The notes under the pieces were generated by a model, which was given only the letters and a program-made list of their open reading frames with translations, made no database searches and had not been told where the DNA came from. From assembly GCA_965208125.1 (NCBI GenBank), contig OZ242320.1, forward strand, positions 2,528,001 to 2,592,000: a stretch of 64,000 nt of DNA, given 5' to 3'. Position 1 is the stretch's first letter. Each line of letters begins with the position of its first letter. The stretch is from Candidatus Latescibacterota bacterium. GTDB lineage: Bacteria > Latescibacterota > UBA2968. Below, in pieces: positions 1-9,814 of the stretch. A program made the translations under genes and the position numbers.

Positions 1-446
1 ATTATCACCCTGCGCTTGCCCAGGTACGCGATCTCTTCCATACGAGACCATCCGAGTTTCTCGTAATAATTCGGTAGCGTTCCGGATGTGTACAGATAGA
101 GTATCGGCCTGTTCAGCTTTCGGGTCTCTGCAATTGCACCCGCAACCAAAAATGCGCCTGCACCCCGGCGTCGAAAATTTGGAAAGACAAATAATTGCGC
201 TAACCAGGGCGCGATATCAGGACGGAGTGGCAGATCGTTTTCGAGTATGTTTACAGAGCCGAAGACGGTTGCGTTTTCTACGGCTACGAGCGTGGTGGGT
301 AGGCTCTCGGATTCGGCTGCGAAGTGGAGTAACTCGCGATATTCCGATAGCGTGTTTCGACCTGTAAGAGGTCCCCACAGTTCAAATTGCGCCTGTGATA
401 GTGTGTCAATGGCGTCAAGGTAGTGCTTGATATTCTCAATTTGCAT
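1..446 (-). CDS. GNAT family N-acetyltransferase (partial, runs off left edge)
   Basis: Read manually (absent from ORF track): ATG at 446, MQIENIKHYLDAIDTL...PWLAQLFVFPNFRRRGAGAFLV...LYLYTSGTLPNYYEKLGW; acetyl-CoA motif A (V-x-P-x-x-R-x-x-G-x-G) and YEKLGW. Confidence 0.85.
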   Translation of the reverse strand, partial: MQIENIKHYLDAIDTLSQAQFELWGPLTGRNTLSEYRELLHFAAESESLPTTLVAVENATVFGSVNILENDLPLRPDIAPWLAQLFVFPNFRRRGAGAFLVAGAIAETRKLNRPILYLYTSGTLPNYYEKLGWSRMEEIAYLGKRRVI

Positions 447-461
447 GGCTTATAAGACAGG

Positions 462-926
462 CTATTCCACATTCGTTTTTACGGTACCACAATAGAATTT
501 GTAGTACCTGTGCTGTCGCAGTCCAAGTTCCTCATAGAACGTGGCTGCGGGCGTTGCCTCATTGGCAATCAGGGACATGGATACGTCCGATTCTCCGAGT
601 TTGTCGAGGAGATGACGCACCAGTCTTCGTCCATGGCCCGACCGCCTTTGATCAGGATCAACAAAGAGTTCTTGCATGTAGTAGTTGATTCGGTCTTGCC
701 AGGGATAGCAGTATCCGAACATCGCGCCAATCACATCATCTTTGTCGAGGACGAGGAGGCAATGTTCGGGGTCGAACGTCCAGAATCGACTAAGGTACTG
801 GTGAGCCTGGGTAATGCTCCACGCTTCCTCGTACGGCCATTCGGAGAAGACCTCCACGTATAGACGCGCGCAATCTTCCAGGTCCTCTGATGTGATGGTT
901 CTTATCATTATCTGATTACTCCTCAT
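462..926 (-). CDS. GNAT family N-acetyltransferase
   Basis: ELFVDPDQRRSGHGRRLV motif A, FYEELG motif B. Confidence 0.9.
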   Translation of the reverse strand: MRSNQIMIRTITSEDLEDCARLYVEVFSEWPYEEAWSITQAHQYLSRFWTFDPEHCLLVLDKDDVIGAMFGYCYPWQDRINYYMQELFVDPDQRRSGHGRRLVRHLLDKLGESDVSMSLIANEATPAATFYEELGLRQHRYYKFYCGTVKTNVE

Positions 927-999
927 AAATTATCTGGACTACAGACTCTCTGCGATCACGCGATACATCAGTTCCCTTCCCTATCCTGGACAAGTTCTC

Positions 1000-2244
1000 C
1001 TATCTAATCCTTCTGTCCTCCATAACGGATTTTAGCAGTTCTATACACTTATCCCGGTTATGTCTATTCCTATTACCAAATGCTGCGTATGTTAAAGCAG
1101 TCCAATCCCGATTATCTTGCGCAAATATATTTGCTTCTGCCTGCAGAAGGAGTTTCAGGCCTTCGATATTTCTTCGTTCGGCGGCTATCATGAGTAGGGT
1201 TTTGCCCTGATCATTGGCAAGCGAAAAGTAGTCTGCACCCTGGTCCAATAACATTTTAGCACATTGCGTGTGGTCATATAATAGTGCGAATAACAATGGC
1301 GTTCTTTCCAATGCATCTCTTTGATTGATATTTATTTTGTTTTTTAACACTGTCTTTAACAGTGTTGTGTCACCCACGCCAGCAGCCAAATGTAAGATAT
1401 ATCTCTCATCTACACCACGTCTCAAAACTGTTTGCACGAGTTCTGCATCATTTGATTCAATAATCTTCTGAAGAACTGTTCTTTCATTTTCGTATATAAT
1501 ATTAATTTCTCTAAGCGAAAAGTCTGCGTCCTGGTCCAATAGCATTTTAGCGCATTGTGTGCGGTCATATAATAGCGCGAATAGCAATGGCGTTCTTCCC
1601 AATGCATCCCTTTGATTGATATTTATTTTGTTTTTTAACAGTGTCTTTAATAATGTTGTGTCACCCACACCAGCAGCCAGATGTACGATATATCTCTCAT
1701 CTACACCACGTCTCAAAACTGTTTGCACGAGTTCTGTGTCATTTGATTCAATAATTCTCTGAAGAACTGTCCTTCCTCTTTCGTCTATGCTATTGATTTC
1801 GATTCCATATTTTAATAATAAATCTACCATTTCGAAGTCTTCCCGTCCCAGGGCTATAAGTATAGGCGGTACACCCTCACCATTGGGAGCCGATGAATTA
1901 GCCCCATTTTTTAGCAAAATTTCTGCGGTGTTCACCTGTCCTCTATTGACTGCTGCAATAAATGCTGTTTGGTCGAAATGATCTTTGGCATGAATATCAG
2001 CATGAGATTCAAGTAGCATGTTTATGATGCGATCATGACCGTTCAGAGCCGCATAAATGAGAGCTGTTCGTCCGAAGCTATCTCGCTCATTTATATTTAC
2101 GTCTTTTTTTAGTAAGTTTTTTACTTTGGTGCTATCTCCCATCTGTGCCGCGATATTCAACTCACTCCCCATTATATTTTGTGTATTAGAAAAAAAGAGA
2201 ATTGAAAAACTTCCCAGAGTTCTCATAATGAATCTTGAATACAT
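1000..2244 (-). CDS. Ankyrin repeat protein
   Basis: Multiple G-x-T-A/P-L-x-x-A repeats; start moved to ATG 2244 behind AAGGAGA. Confidence 0.9.
   Translation of the reverse strand: MYSRFIMRTLGSFSILFFSNTQNIMGSELNIAAQMGDSTKVKNLLKKDVNINERDSFGRTALIYAALNGHDRIINMLLESHADIHAKDHFDQTAFIAAVNRGQVNTAEILLKNGANSSAPNGEGVPPILIALGREDFEMVDLLLKYGIEINSIDERGRTVLQRIIESNDTELVQTVLRRGVDERYIVHLAAGVGDTTLLKTLLKNKININQRDALGRTPLLFALLYDRTQCAKMLLDQDADFSLREINIIYENERTVLQKIIESNDAELVQTVLRRGVDERYILHLAAGVGDTTLLKTVLKNKININQRDALERTPLLFALLYDHTQCAKMLLDQGADYFSLANDQGKTLLMIAAERRNIEGLKLLLQAEANIFAQDNRDWTALTYAAFGNRNRHNRDKCIELLKSVMEDRRIR
1231..1776. repeat. Intragenic tandem duplication (~255 bp copies, 291-bp period) in ankyrin gene
   Basis: ~1231-1485 and ~1522-1776 are near-identical (e.g. 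atctctcatctacaccacgtctcaaaactgtttgcacgagttctg at 1401 and 1692). Confidence 0.9.
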
Positions 2245-2282
2245 GATTTTTCTCCTTGGGGTTGTGAGTATGTCTGACCAGA

Positions 2283-2579
2283 TTAACCACCATAGACGCT
2301 CGTATAGTGCTCTACTTCGGGAAATGGATCGTAGAAATGATGTAGCAACCTGCGCCATTCCTGGTACTGCTCGGATCCTCTGAACCCAATAGTATGATCT
2401 TCAAGCGTTTGCCAGTTTACCAGAAGGATGTAGCGGCTGTCTTTTTCAATACATTTCTGCAACTGATGGGAAATGTAGCCATCCATACTCGATATAATTT
2501 TTTGCGCCTCGCCAAAAGCAGTTTCAAATTCCTTCTCGCGCCCTGGCTTAACGTCCAATATTGCAACTTCTAAAATCAT
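2283..2579 (-). CDS. Antibiotic biosynthesis monooxygenase (ABM) family protein
   Basis: MILEVAILDVKPG...YILLVNWQTLEDHTIGFRGS...LLHHFYDPFP, typical 98-aa ABM. Confidence 0.9.
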   Translation of the reverse strand: MILEVAILDVKPGREKEFETAFGEAQKIISSMDGYISHQLQKCIEKDSRYILLVNWQTLEDHTIGFRGSEQYQEWRRLLHHFYDPFPEVEHYTSVYGG

Positions 2580-2622
2580 TTTCTGTTCCTTTTGTTTGTT
2601 GAGATGTCAGCCGACAAATTTC

Positions 2623-3159
2623 TCAATAATAAAAGATTCCCGCTAAATAGACTATCCAGCGGGAATCCGTATTTTTTTGATAAGCACATTGGAGTTCCTC
2701 TTCGTTTAGACCTGCCTTGATACCCAGGCCGTCATCTCGCCCAGGTGCAGAGTGAACAGCCATTACTCGCGTTCCGTCCGGCAGATTGGCTTCTATCTCA
2801 AGGGGCAACTCAGACAACCAGTTCAACCATCCTGCATTCGTTATGGCACCTTGAGTCCACGAAAAAGTTGTTGCACACTCCACAAGTGCCGTCAGTTTGC
2901 TGGGGTCTTTCGCGGCTTCCTGAATCGACGGTGGGGGGCGGTCAACAGCGAAGACATAACGATCCGTGTTGCCACGGATGATCCTGGTGTTTGGCAATGC
3001 GGAAACACGTTCGAGAACTTCGACAGGACAAGGCCCCAATGCTACAAGATCCCCAAGAATCCAATGCTCATCGAATGACCCCGAGTTTGCTATGTTCTTG
3101 AGAACGGCATCAAGTGCTATGATATTTCCGTGAATGTCAGAAAAAATGGCGACTCTCAT
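2623..3159 (-). pseudogene. Metallophosphoesterase (YfcE/calcineurin-like), probably 3'-truncated
   Basis: SDIHGN, LGDLV, RGNTD and VHS motifs present; final GHTH motif missing; ORF ends across a hairpin. Confidence 0.7.
2631..2678. terminator. Bidirectional hairpin/terminator-like element
   Basis: gattcccgct (2635-2644) / agcgggaatc (2658-2667) 10-bp inverted repeat flanked by A and T runs. Confidence 0.55.
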
Positions 3160-3803
3160 GCACAGTTCCCTTCTATGCTGAGTATCGATAAGCACCTTTG
3201 GGTTAGCTCCGTCACATTGGATTGCTGAACATCTACGAGAATGAACCCATGTTGGTTGGCTACCTCAATCATCTGTGCGTTATAGACGAGTGTGCGTTCC
3301 AGAAACTTATCAATCATCCTTCGTCCCCGAAGAGACTTCGAATGATACAGGCTTTCATCGCGGATCCTCTGCCGAAAAACTTCCTCACTCGCTGTAAGCC
3401 ATAATGCAGCGATATCGTCGAAGTTCAGGGTTGCTACAAGTTCGGGCCATAGCGCTGATCCTTCTATGATTAATCCAGCCTGCGAAGGATCATTGACGTG
3501 AGAGGAGACAATTTCCTCAACTTTTGGCCATACATTGATCCTGTAGTGGTGGAGCACATCCACGATCAGTTCCTCAACTGATAGGGAGAGATAGTGTTCC
3601 GCCACATGGTCTGGGACCTTTTCTGGTTCGGGTCGCCATGGTCGGCCGGGATGACGGGCAAGTGTGTCTGTGGAGATTCGGTTCCATCCCAAGTTTTCGG
3701 CTATTGACTCGGATAGGGCCGATTTTCCGGAGTGGGATGATCCTCCGATGAGAATCACTTTTAAGTTGGGATTTACATCACGCATAATCTTTTTCGAGTT
3801 CAT
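3156..3803 (-). CDS. P-loop kinase, 2-phosphoglycerate kinase-like
   Basis: VILIGGSSHSGKS Walker A, ISTD, LIIEG. Confidence 0.75.
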   Translation of the reverse strand: MNSKKIMRDVNPNLKVILIGGSSHSGKSALSESIAENLGWNRISTDTLARHPGRPWRPEPEKVPDHVAEHYLSLSVEELIVDVLHHYRINVWPKVEEIVSSHVNDPSQAGLIIEGSALWPELVATLNFDDIAALWLTASEEVFRQRIRDESLYHSKSLRGRRMIDKFLERTLVYNAQMIEVANQHGFILVDVQQSNVTELTQRCLSILSIEGNCA

Positions 3804-3924
3804 AGTGTGTTCTATCTATTCCATACACTGAAATTGCCTAATGATTCAAATTTTTTGGCTTCTCCCCGAACCTTTTGCGTTTTGAGAAGAGGCCAGTTTA
3901 ACCTGCGATAGCAGTTGAACAAAG

Positions 3925-4752
3925 TCAGGCGCATTGTCTGTTATTTTGTAAAAATGCTTGTACGCTCACATCGGGAAAGAAAAAGTATTTTAATGTGCCA
4001 CAAAGCTTGAATCCCAGACTTCTGTATAAGTGCTGGCCTATGTCAGTAGCTTGCAAGATGCAGTAATTGTATCCCAATTCTTGCGCTTCGTATATGCATC
4101 TTAGCATCATCTCCCTGCCCAGGCCGCGATTTCTCAATTCTGGAATTACAGATACAAAATAGATTCCAGCCACACCTGAGGATAAGAAGGTCATAGACGT
4201 AGCTACCACCTGGCCATTATGTGCACCAGAATAAAGTCTCACTTTTTTTCTATTCAATAAGGAACCAAATATATCCCTACCCAGGTAGGGATTGAACGAT
4301 CTTAACGCTACATCAATCCATATTCCAAAATCTTCCTGGTTCTCTATTTCAAAAATATCCAGCTTATTCGGCGTTGTAGATCTAAGGTGTTTTGCGTTCA
4401 GATCAAGAGCCATACGAGATCTCTCAACCAGCATCTGGAAGCCGTTTCTTTTTAGACACTCATCCAAATCATTTGGTTTTGCTTGATTGCCTACTTGTAT
4501 GACCGGCGGTGCGTCTAAATCTCTAATTTTTCTCGTAATCTGTGAAAGACGAAGAGATATAGACTGAGGTTTAAATTGGGGCCTGAAAATGAAATTGGGC
4601 CAATGAGGTCTGGCAATAACCCACGCGATATCTTCTTGTACGAATAATTCCCCTTTGTCCAGTTTTCCTATTTCGGTATATAAATCGTATAGATTGTTCT
4701 CCGTAGCGTGCGAGATTAGCTCAGGATTGGCTTCAGATAGAATATTGTCCAT
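3925..4752 (-). CDS. GNAT family N-acetyltransferase (two-domain)
   Basis: C-terminal VAGIYFVSVIPELRNRGLG...LQATDIGQHLYRSLGF; start uncertain (4752 or 4854). Confidence 0.8.
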   Translation of the reverse strand: MDNILSEANPELISHATENNLYDLYTEIGKLDKGELFVQEDIAWVIARPHWPNFIFRPQFKPQSISLRLSQITRKIRDLDAPPVIQVGNQAKPNDLDECLKRNGFQMLVERSRMALDLNAKHLRSTTPNKLDIFEIENQEDFGIWIDVALRSFNPYLGRDIFGSLLNRKKVRLYSGAHNGQVVATSMTFLSSGVAGIYFVSVIPELRNRGLGREMMLRCIYEAQELGYNYCILQATDIGQHLYRSLGFKLCGTLKYFFFPDVSVQAFLQNNRQCA

Positions 4753-4850
4753 GTGTAAAAGTAGCCCTTTCATCCTGCGGTATAGAGACTCGATCTTCGA
4801 ACACAATCGCGAAGCGATAACATTTGAAATGTCTCTTGTTATTTCTGTTT

Positions 4851-7211
4851 TCATTCATTGCGCAGGGCATCAACAGGATTTGCGGAGGCCACTTTGAGCG
4901 CTTGATAGCTCACAGTCAACCAGGCAATAATAAATGCTGCCCCACCTGCGAAAACAAAAACTTCTAACCCTATATTGATGCGATAGGCAAACGCGTTTAG
5001 CCACATTGTCATAAAGTAATAGGCTAAAGGTATGGCCAATACAAACGCAATTATCACCAACTTGATAAACTCTCTGGACAGCAATAAAATCAAATTGATA
5101 GCGGAAGCACCCAATATCTTTCTAATCCCAATCTCTTTGGTGCGCTGTTCCGCTGTAAAAGACGCCAAACCAAACAATCCCAAACAGGAAATAAAAATTG
5201 CCAAAGCTGCAAAAGTGGTGGTCAATTGTCCCAGCATCTTTTCTCTGCGATACATTCGCTCAAAGTCTTCATCCATAAACCGATATTCAAGTGGGTAGTT
5301 GGGGTTGAATTTTTTGAAAACCTTTTCCAAATTTGCCAATGCCTCGGCTGTTTGCCCTGCCCTGGTGCGTATATAAAGCTCGTTGCAAGAGGCTGGATCA
5401 ATACGAATAATCAGCGGCTCAATTGACGTGTGTATCGAACGAAAATGAAAATCTTCAACCACGCCAATTATCTCACCTTCATCTCCCCAAAATTTCAGCG
5501 TTTCGCCAATCGGATTGTCTATTCCCATCACATGTGCCATTTGTTCGTTTACAACATAATTTGAGGAATCGGTTGCAACCGCCTCAGAAAACGCTCTGCC
5601 TTGTACCACTTTCATTTTCATAGTTTCAACAAAATCAAAATCGGCATTGATAATGTGAAATACAATTTGGGACTCTGGGTCTTTTCCATTCCATTCGGGA
5701 TCGCTCGTTGAATGGCTAACGGATAGTGGATTTTGGCTGGATGCCGCCACGCTTTGAATGCCGGGTTGGCGCAGAAGTTCTAGCTTAACGGTTTCCAATT
5801 GTTGCTTTATTGGCCCTTCCAAACCTATAGACACCACATTCTTACGGTCCAGTCCCAGATTTTTGCTGAGGATATAATGTATCTGCTCATAAATCGTCAG
5901 TGTGCCAATAATCATCAAAATCGCCAATACAAACTGAAAAATCACAAGGCTTCGCCGAAAAAAAGTAGCACCCGATCCCGATTTTGACGAACCTCGCAAT
6001 ACGCCGATTGGGTTAAAACCCGACAAATAAAACGCCGGATAGCTCCCTGAGATTAGACTTGTTACCAATGTAATACCTGAAAAAACCGTCAAAATGTGTA
6101 TATCTAACCAATCAAGTACAAGTTCTTGGTCTGTCAGACTATTAAATGCGGGCAAGAAAATTTCCACCAAACCCAAAGCCAAAATTGAGGCAAAAACAGT
6201 TATCAACATCGACTCGCCCATAAATTGACCTATGAGTTCCCGCTTACTGGCTCCTACGGTTTTGCGAACGCCAATCTCTCGTGCGCGCTGAGTAGATCGC
6301 GCCGTAGCCAAATTCATAAAATTAATACAGGCAATGCACAAAATAAACAGTGCAACAAATGTAAACATCTGCACATACTCAACGCGCCCTCCAACTGACT
6401 TGCCATTTTTAAATTTAGAATACAGGTGCATATCCAATAAGGGGTGCAAAAAAACCGTGGCATTTGCCCATTTGTAATGGTCTAAGAGGACACGCTCAAT
6501 TTTTGCGTTTACATCTTCCAGGACAGCATTCTCTCGCAGCTTCACATAAAGTTGCAAACTGCTATTGCCCCAATGTTCGAGCCACTTGTTTTCGGCGACA
6601 TAATCTTCTATTGGGAGCACGAATTCAAAACGCAGAGAGGAGTTGCCCAGTACATCTCTAAATACTGCTTTAATGGTAAATTCTTTGCGATGGTCAACCG
6701 TCAAACGTTGCCCGAGAATCGATTGGCTCGCCCAATCTGGTCCAAAATATTTACCAGCCAATTTTTCTGAAATCGCAATGGCATTGGGTTCTGCCAATAT
6801 TGTTTGAGCATCACCTTGCAAAAGTGGGAATGTAAAAACATCAAAAAAAGAAGAACTGGCATATATACCAGATTCTCGAAATAATTGATTGTCTTTAGAT
6901 AGGAGAAGTTTTTGCCGGGTTATTAAAATAGCGTGGGTAATCTCTGGGTATTCTTCTACTAACACGTTGGCCAGTGGCATGGGAGCAGCAGACCAGGTAT
7001 AGATTTTGTCATTTGCAGAGAAATTACGCATCACCCGATAAATCTGAGTGCCCTGTTCATGAAATCGGTCATACGTAATCTCATGCTTTACCCACATAAA
7101 GATCAGAAAACTACAGGCCAGCCCTACAGAAAGCCCCGCCATGTTGATAAGCGAATACGTCTTCTGCCGCGAGAAATTACGCAACGCAGTTGTGAAGTAG
7201 TTTTTGAACAT
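4851..7211 (-). CDS. ABC transporter permease, duplicated MacB/FtsX-type
   Basis: MFKNYFTTALRN start at 7211 with GGAGGG RBS; ACINFMNLATARS, REIGVRK and KEIGIRK repeats, NPVDALRNE end. Confidence 0.95.
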   Translation of the reverse strand: MFKNYFTTALRNFSRQKTYSLINMAGLSVGLACSFLIFMWVKHEITYDRFHEQGTQIYRVMRNFSANDKIYTWSAAPMPLANVLVEEYPEITHAILITRQKLLLSKDNQLFRESGIYASSSFFDVFTFPLLQGDAQTILAEPNAIAISEKLAGKYFGPDWASQSILGQRLTVDHRKEFTIKAVFRDVLGNSSLRFEFVLPIEDYVAENKWLEHWGNSSLQLYVKLRENAVLEDVNAKIERVLLDHYKWANATVFLHPLLDMHLYSKFKNGKSVGGRVEYVQMFTFVALFILCIACINFMNLATARSTQRAREIGVRKTVGASKRELIGQFMGESMLITVFASILALGLVEIFLPAFNSLTDQELVLDWLDIHILTVFSGITLVTSLISGSYPAFYLSGFNPIGVLRGSSKSGSGATFFRRSLVIFQFVLAILMIIGTLTIYEQIHYILSKNLGLDRKNVVSIGLEGPIKQQLETVKLELLRQPGIQSVAASSQNPLSVSHSTSDPEWNGKDPESQIVFHIINADFDFVETMKMKVVQGRAFSEAVATDSSNYVVNEQMAHVMGIDNPIGETLKFWGDEGEIIGVVEDFHFRSIHTSIEPLIIRIDPASCNELYIRTRAGQTAEALANLEKVFKKFNPNYPLEYRFMDEDFERMYRREKMLGQLTTTFAALAIFISCLGLFGLASFTAEQRTKEIGIRKILGASAINLILLLSREFIKLVIIAFVLAIPLAYYFMTMWLNAFAYRINIGLEVFVFAGGAAFIIAWLTVSYQALKVASANPVDALRNE

Positions 7212-7225
7212 CACACCCTCCTGAT

Positions 7226-9703
7226 CTATTCTGTCCGCAGTGCGTTTATCGGATTGGTTGTCGCTGCTCTGAAAGTCTGGAAACCGATTGTCGTGAGAGA
7301 AGCGATGATCGTAATGATTCCGCTCAGAAGAAACGGCTCGATGCCCAATTGAATCCGGTAAGGGAAGCTCTCGAGCCAGCGGCTCAGGAGATAGAATGCG
7401 ATCGGTAAAGCAATGAGATTGGAAGCGACGATCAACTTCGAAAATTCGTTGAAGAGCAATAGTACAATGCTCGACACAGAGGCGCCAAGGACCTTTCGAA
7501 CGCCTATCTCCCGGGTTCGAAGTTGAATCATGAAGGAGGAGAGACCGACGAGTCCTAAACAAGCAACGAAGATGGCGATTAAAGAAAATGTACCGAAGAT
7601 CTGGCCCAGTCGAATTTCTTCTCTATAGTAGAAATCCAAACGCGCATCGAGGAATTCATAGTCGAACGGACGCTGAGGGAGAAAACGGTGCCAGGTTTTT
7701 TTGAGGAATTCCAGGGTTTCGGGCACACTTTCTGATGCGATCTTCAGGTGCAGGATTTTCATATTCCAGTGTTCTGTTGTGAACACGGCTGGCTCAATTT
7801 CCTCATGGAGCGTACGTAAATGAAAGTTTTTCACAACGCCTATGATCGTCCCTCTCGTTCGTCCTGCCCATTCGAATGACTGTCCGACGGGATGCGCCAA
7901 TCCCAGACGCTTTACGGCGGCTTCGTTGAGAATGAAATATTCCTCTTGTCCCGTCCTGATTCGTTCTCGATGTGCGATGGCCGTGTACTCCCTCGGGAAT
8001 GTCCTTCCCTCCACGAACGGAATCTCATACAGATCGAAAAAATCCTCATCCACTGGAAATGTCCGCATCTCCAAAAATTCAGCCATCTCTGGCGTTCTGA
8101 ATTTATAGTGTGCTGACCAGTCCTGTAGATAAAATCGCGACGTTGAGGCCTTCAAAACATTGGGGTGCTCGAGGAAGCCCTGCTTTATCGTCTGAAATCG
8201 TTTCTTTAACTGGGTCCCGAGAGGACCAAGCTCTTCGACGCTGCCGGCTACCTGGAAAATTGGCAACAGGACAATATGGTCTCTATTGAACCCAAATTGA
8301 GTGCGGATAAAAGATAGCTGGCTGGATACCACCAGGGTCCCCACAATCAGAATACTGGATATTGAGAACTGAAGAATGACCAGCACTTTTCGAAATCGGC
8401 CCCTTCTGCTTGATCTAAGTTGAGAGCCGCCTTTGAGATTACTCGCCGGTTGGAAGCCAGAAAGGAAGATGGCCGGATAGAGTCCCGCAGCAAGGCCAAC
8501 AATCAAAGCCAGTCCGAGTGACGAAATTGCAATTGCGGGGAGGTCTCCTGTTCTGATGAACAGAGGCCGGTCGATAAAGGACCGAAATATAGGCAGTGTG
8601 AGTTCCGTCAGAGCAATGGCAACCAGCAGCGCAAGCAGGGACAGCAGCAGGGACTCCCCTAAGAATTGTCTGATTAGTTGGCCCCGATTTGCTCCTACAA
8701 CCTTTCGCAGTGCGACCTCTCTGTTTCGGCTGATCGACAGAGCAGTAGATAGATTCACGAAATTTACTGCGGCAATGACGAGAATAAGGACTCCGATGAG
8801 CGAGGCTTGCTCCACGGTCCTCAGGCTCCCATACGGCCGTTTGATGATATAGCTGAATGTCTGTTTGAGAATGCCGAATTGGTCTCCCGATAGCAGGTAA
8901 ATGTCGTTCACACGCTGAAGATGATAGGCATTGGTCCTCGCAATTTCCTCGCCCATATGTCTCAGCATAGCGTTATTCAGCTTTGCTTCCAGGCTCTTCA
9001 AAGAGGCGGTTTCGGAAAGGCGCATATAGATCTCGACGCGAGCGGCACCTCGTGGAAGCCACATATCCCAGTAGCTGAACTCATTCCTCAGACTCTTCGG
9101 AGAGACGAGAAAATCAAAAAAGATCGTAGATGTATGCGGGATATCCTCCAGAACACCTGCCACACGGTATTCTCCTCCGAATATGTGGTTTTCTACTGAA
9201 AGGACCTGACCGATTGGGTTCTCGCTTCCAAAGAATTTCTGAGCTGCGGATTGCGTTACCAGGATTGATCCCGGTTCCCTGAGCACCCGCTGGACTGGTC
9301 CCCCAGTATGTACGGGAAAGTGAAACATCTCCATAAGCCCTTCATCGGCCAGACAGAAGATCTGCTCGAACACTCTGTCTTGATATTTTATCCAGGCGTC
9401 ACGGCGATGGAGACGAACTACTTGATTTACTTCTGGCATTTCTTCCCGAATAACCAGGCCAAGCGCGCCAGACAGTCGCTCTGAATATGTGGATTGACCC
9501 TGTTCGGATCGCATCTCTCGCAAGACCCGGTAGAGCAGATGAGAATCTTTGTGAAAGCGGTCATAACTAAACTCATGCTGGACAAAGAGCGCGATAAGCA
9601 TCACAGTGGTTATTCCTATGGCAAGTCCCGCGATATTCAATACGGCATATTGCTTGTTCTTCAGCAGGTATCGAATCAAGACTGCGATATAGTTCTTCAG
9701 CAT
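7226..9703 (-). CDS. ABC transporter permease, duplicated MacB/FtsX-type
   Basis: MLKNY start, NFVNLSTA, REIGVRKVLGAS, NPINALRTE. Confidence 0.95.
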   Translation of the reverse strand: MLKNYIAVLIRYLLKNKQYAVLNIAGLAIGITTVMLIALFVQHEFSYDRFHKDSHLLYRVLREMRSEQGQSTYSERLSGALGLVIREEMPEVNQVVRLHRRDAWIKYQDRVFEQIFCLADEGLMEMFHFPVHTGGPVQRVLREPGSILVTQSAAQKFFGSENPIGQVLSVENHIFGGEYRVAGVLEDIPHTSTIFFDFLVSPKSLRNEFSYWDMWLPRGAARVEIYMRLSETASLKSLEAKLNNAMLRHMGEEIARTNAYHLQRVNDIYLLSGDQFGILKQTFSYIIKRPYGSLRTVEQASLIGVLILVIAAVNFVNLSTALSISRNREVALRKVVGANRGQLIRQFLGESLLLSLLALLVAIALTELTLPIFRSFIDRPLFIRTGDLPAIAISSLGLALIVGLAAGLYPAIFLSGFQPASNLKGGSQLRSSRRGRFRKVLVILQFSISSILIVGTLVVSSQLSFIRTQFGFNRDHIVLLPIFQVAGSVEELGPLGTQLKKRFQTIKQGFLEHPNVLKASTSRFYLQDWSAHYKFRTPEMAEFLEMRTFPVDEDFFDLYEIPFVEGRTFPREYTAIAHRERIRTGQEEYFILNEAAVKRLGLAHPVGQSFEWAGRTRGTIIGVVKNFHLRTLHEEIEPAVFTTEHWNMKILHLKIASESVPETLEFLKKTWHRFLPQRPFDYEFLDARLDFYYREEIRLGQIFGTFSLIAIFVACLGLVGLSSFMIQLRTREIGVRKVLGASVSSIVLLLFNEFSKLIVASNLIALPIAFYLLSRWLESFPYRIQLGIEPFLLSGIITIIASLTTIGFQTFRAATTNPINALRTE

Positions 9704-9814
9704 GAAGCGATCTCCGGAAGTCCTGATAGCTGTAATTGCAATTACCCAGTTATACCAAATTTGACAATATCTCTCGTTGTTTTGTTTTTATTCATTACAG
9801 GTTGATCCCTTGAT

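Noticed and set aside
1231-1776. Near-identical repeat pair as a DGR template/variable repeat
   Set aside because: Both copies are in-frame within one ORF, differences are not adenine-specific, and no reverse transcriptase is present in the window.
7212-7562. N-terminal extension of the 903-aa ORF
   Set aside because: Overlaps the upstream permease in another frame; family start MFKNY with RBS is at 7211.
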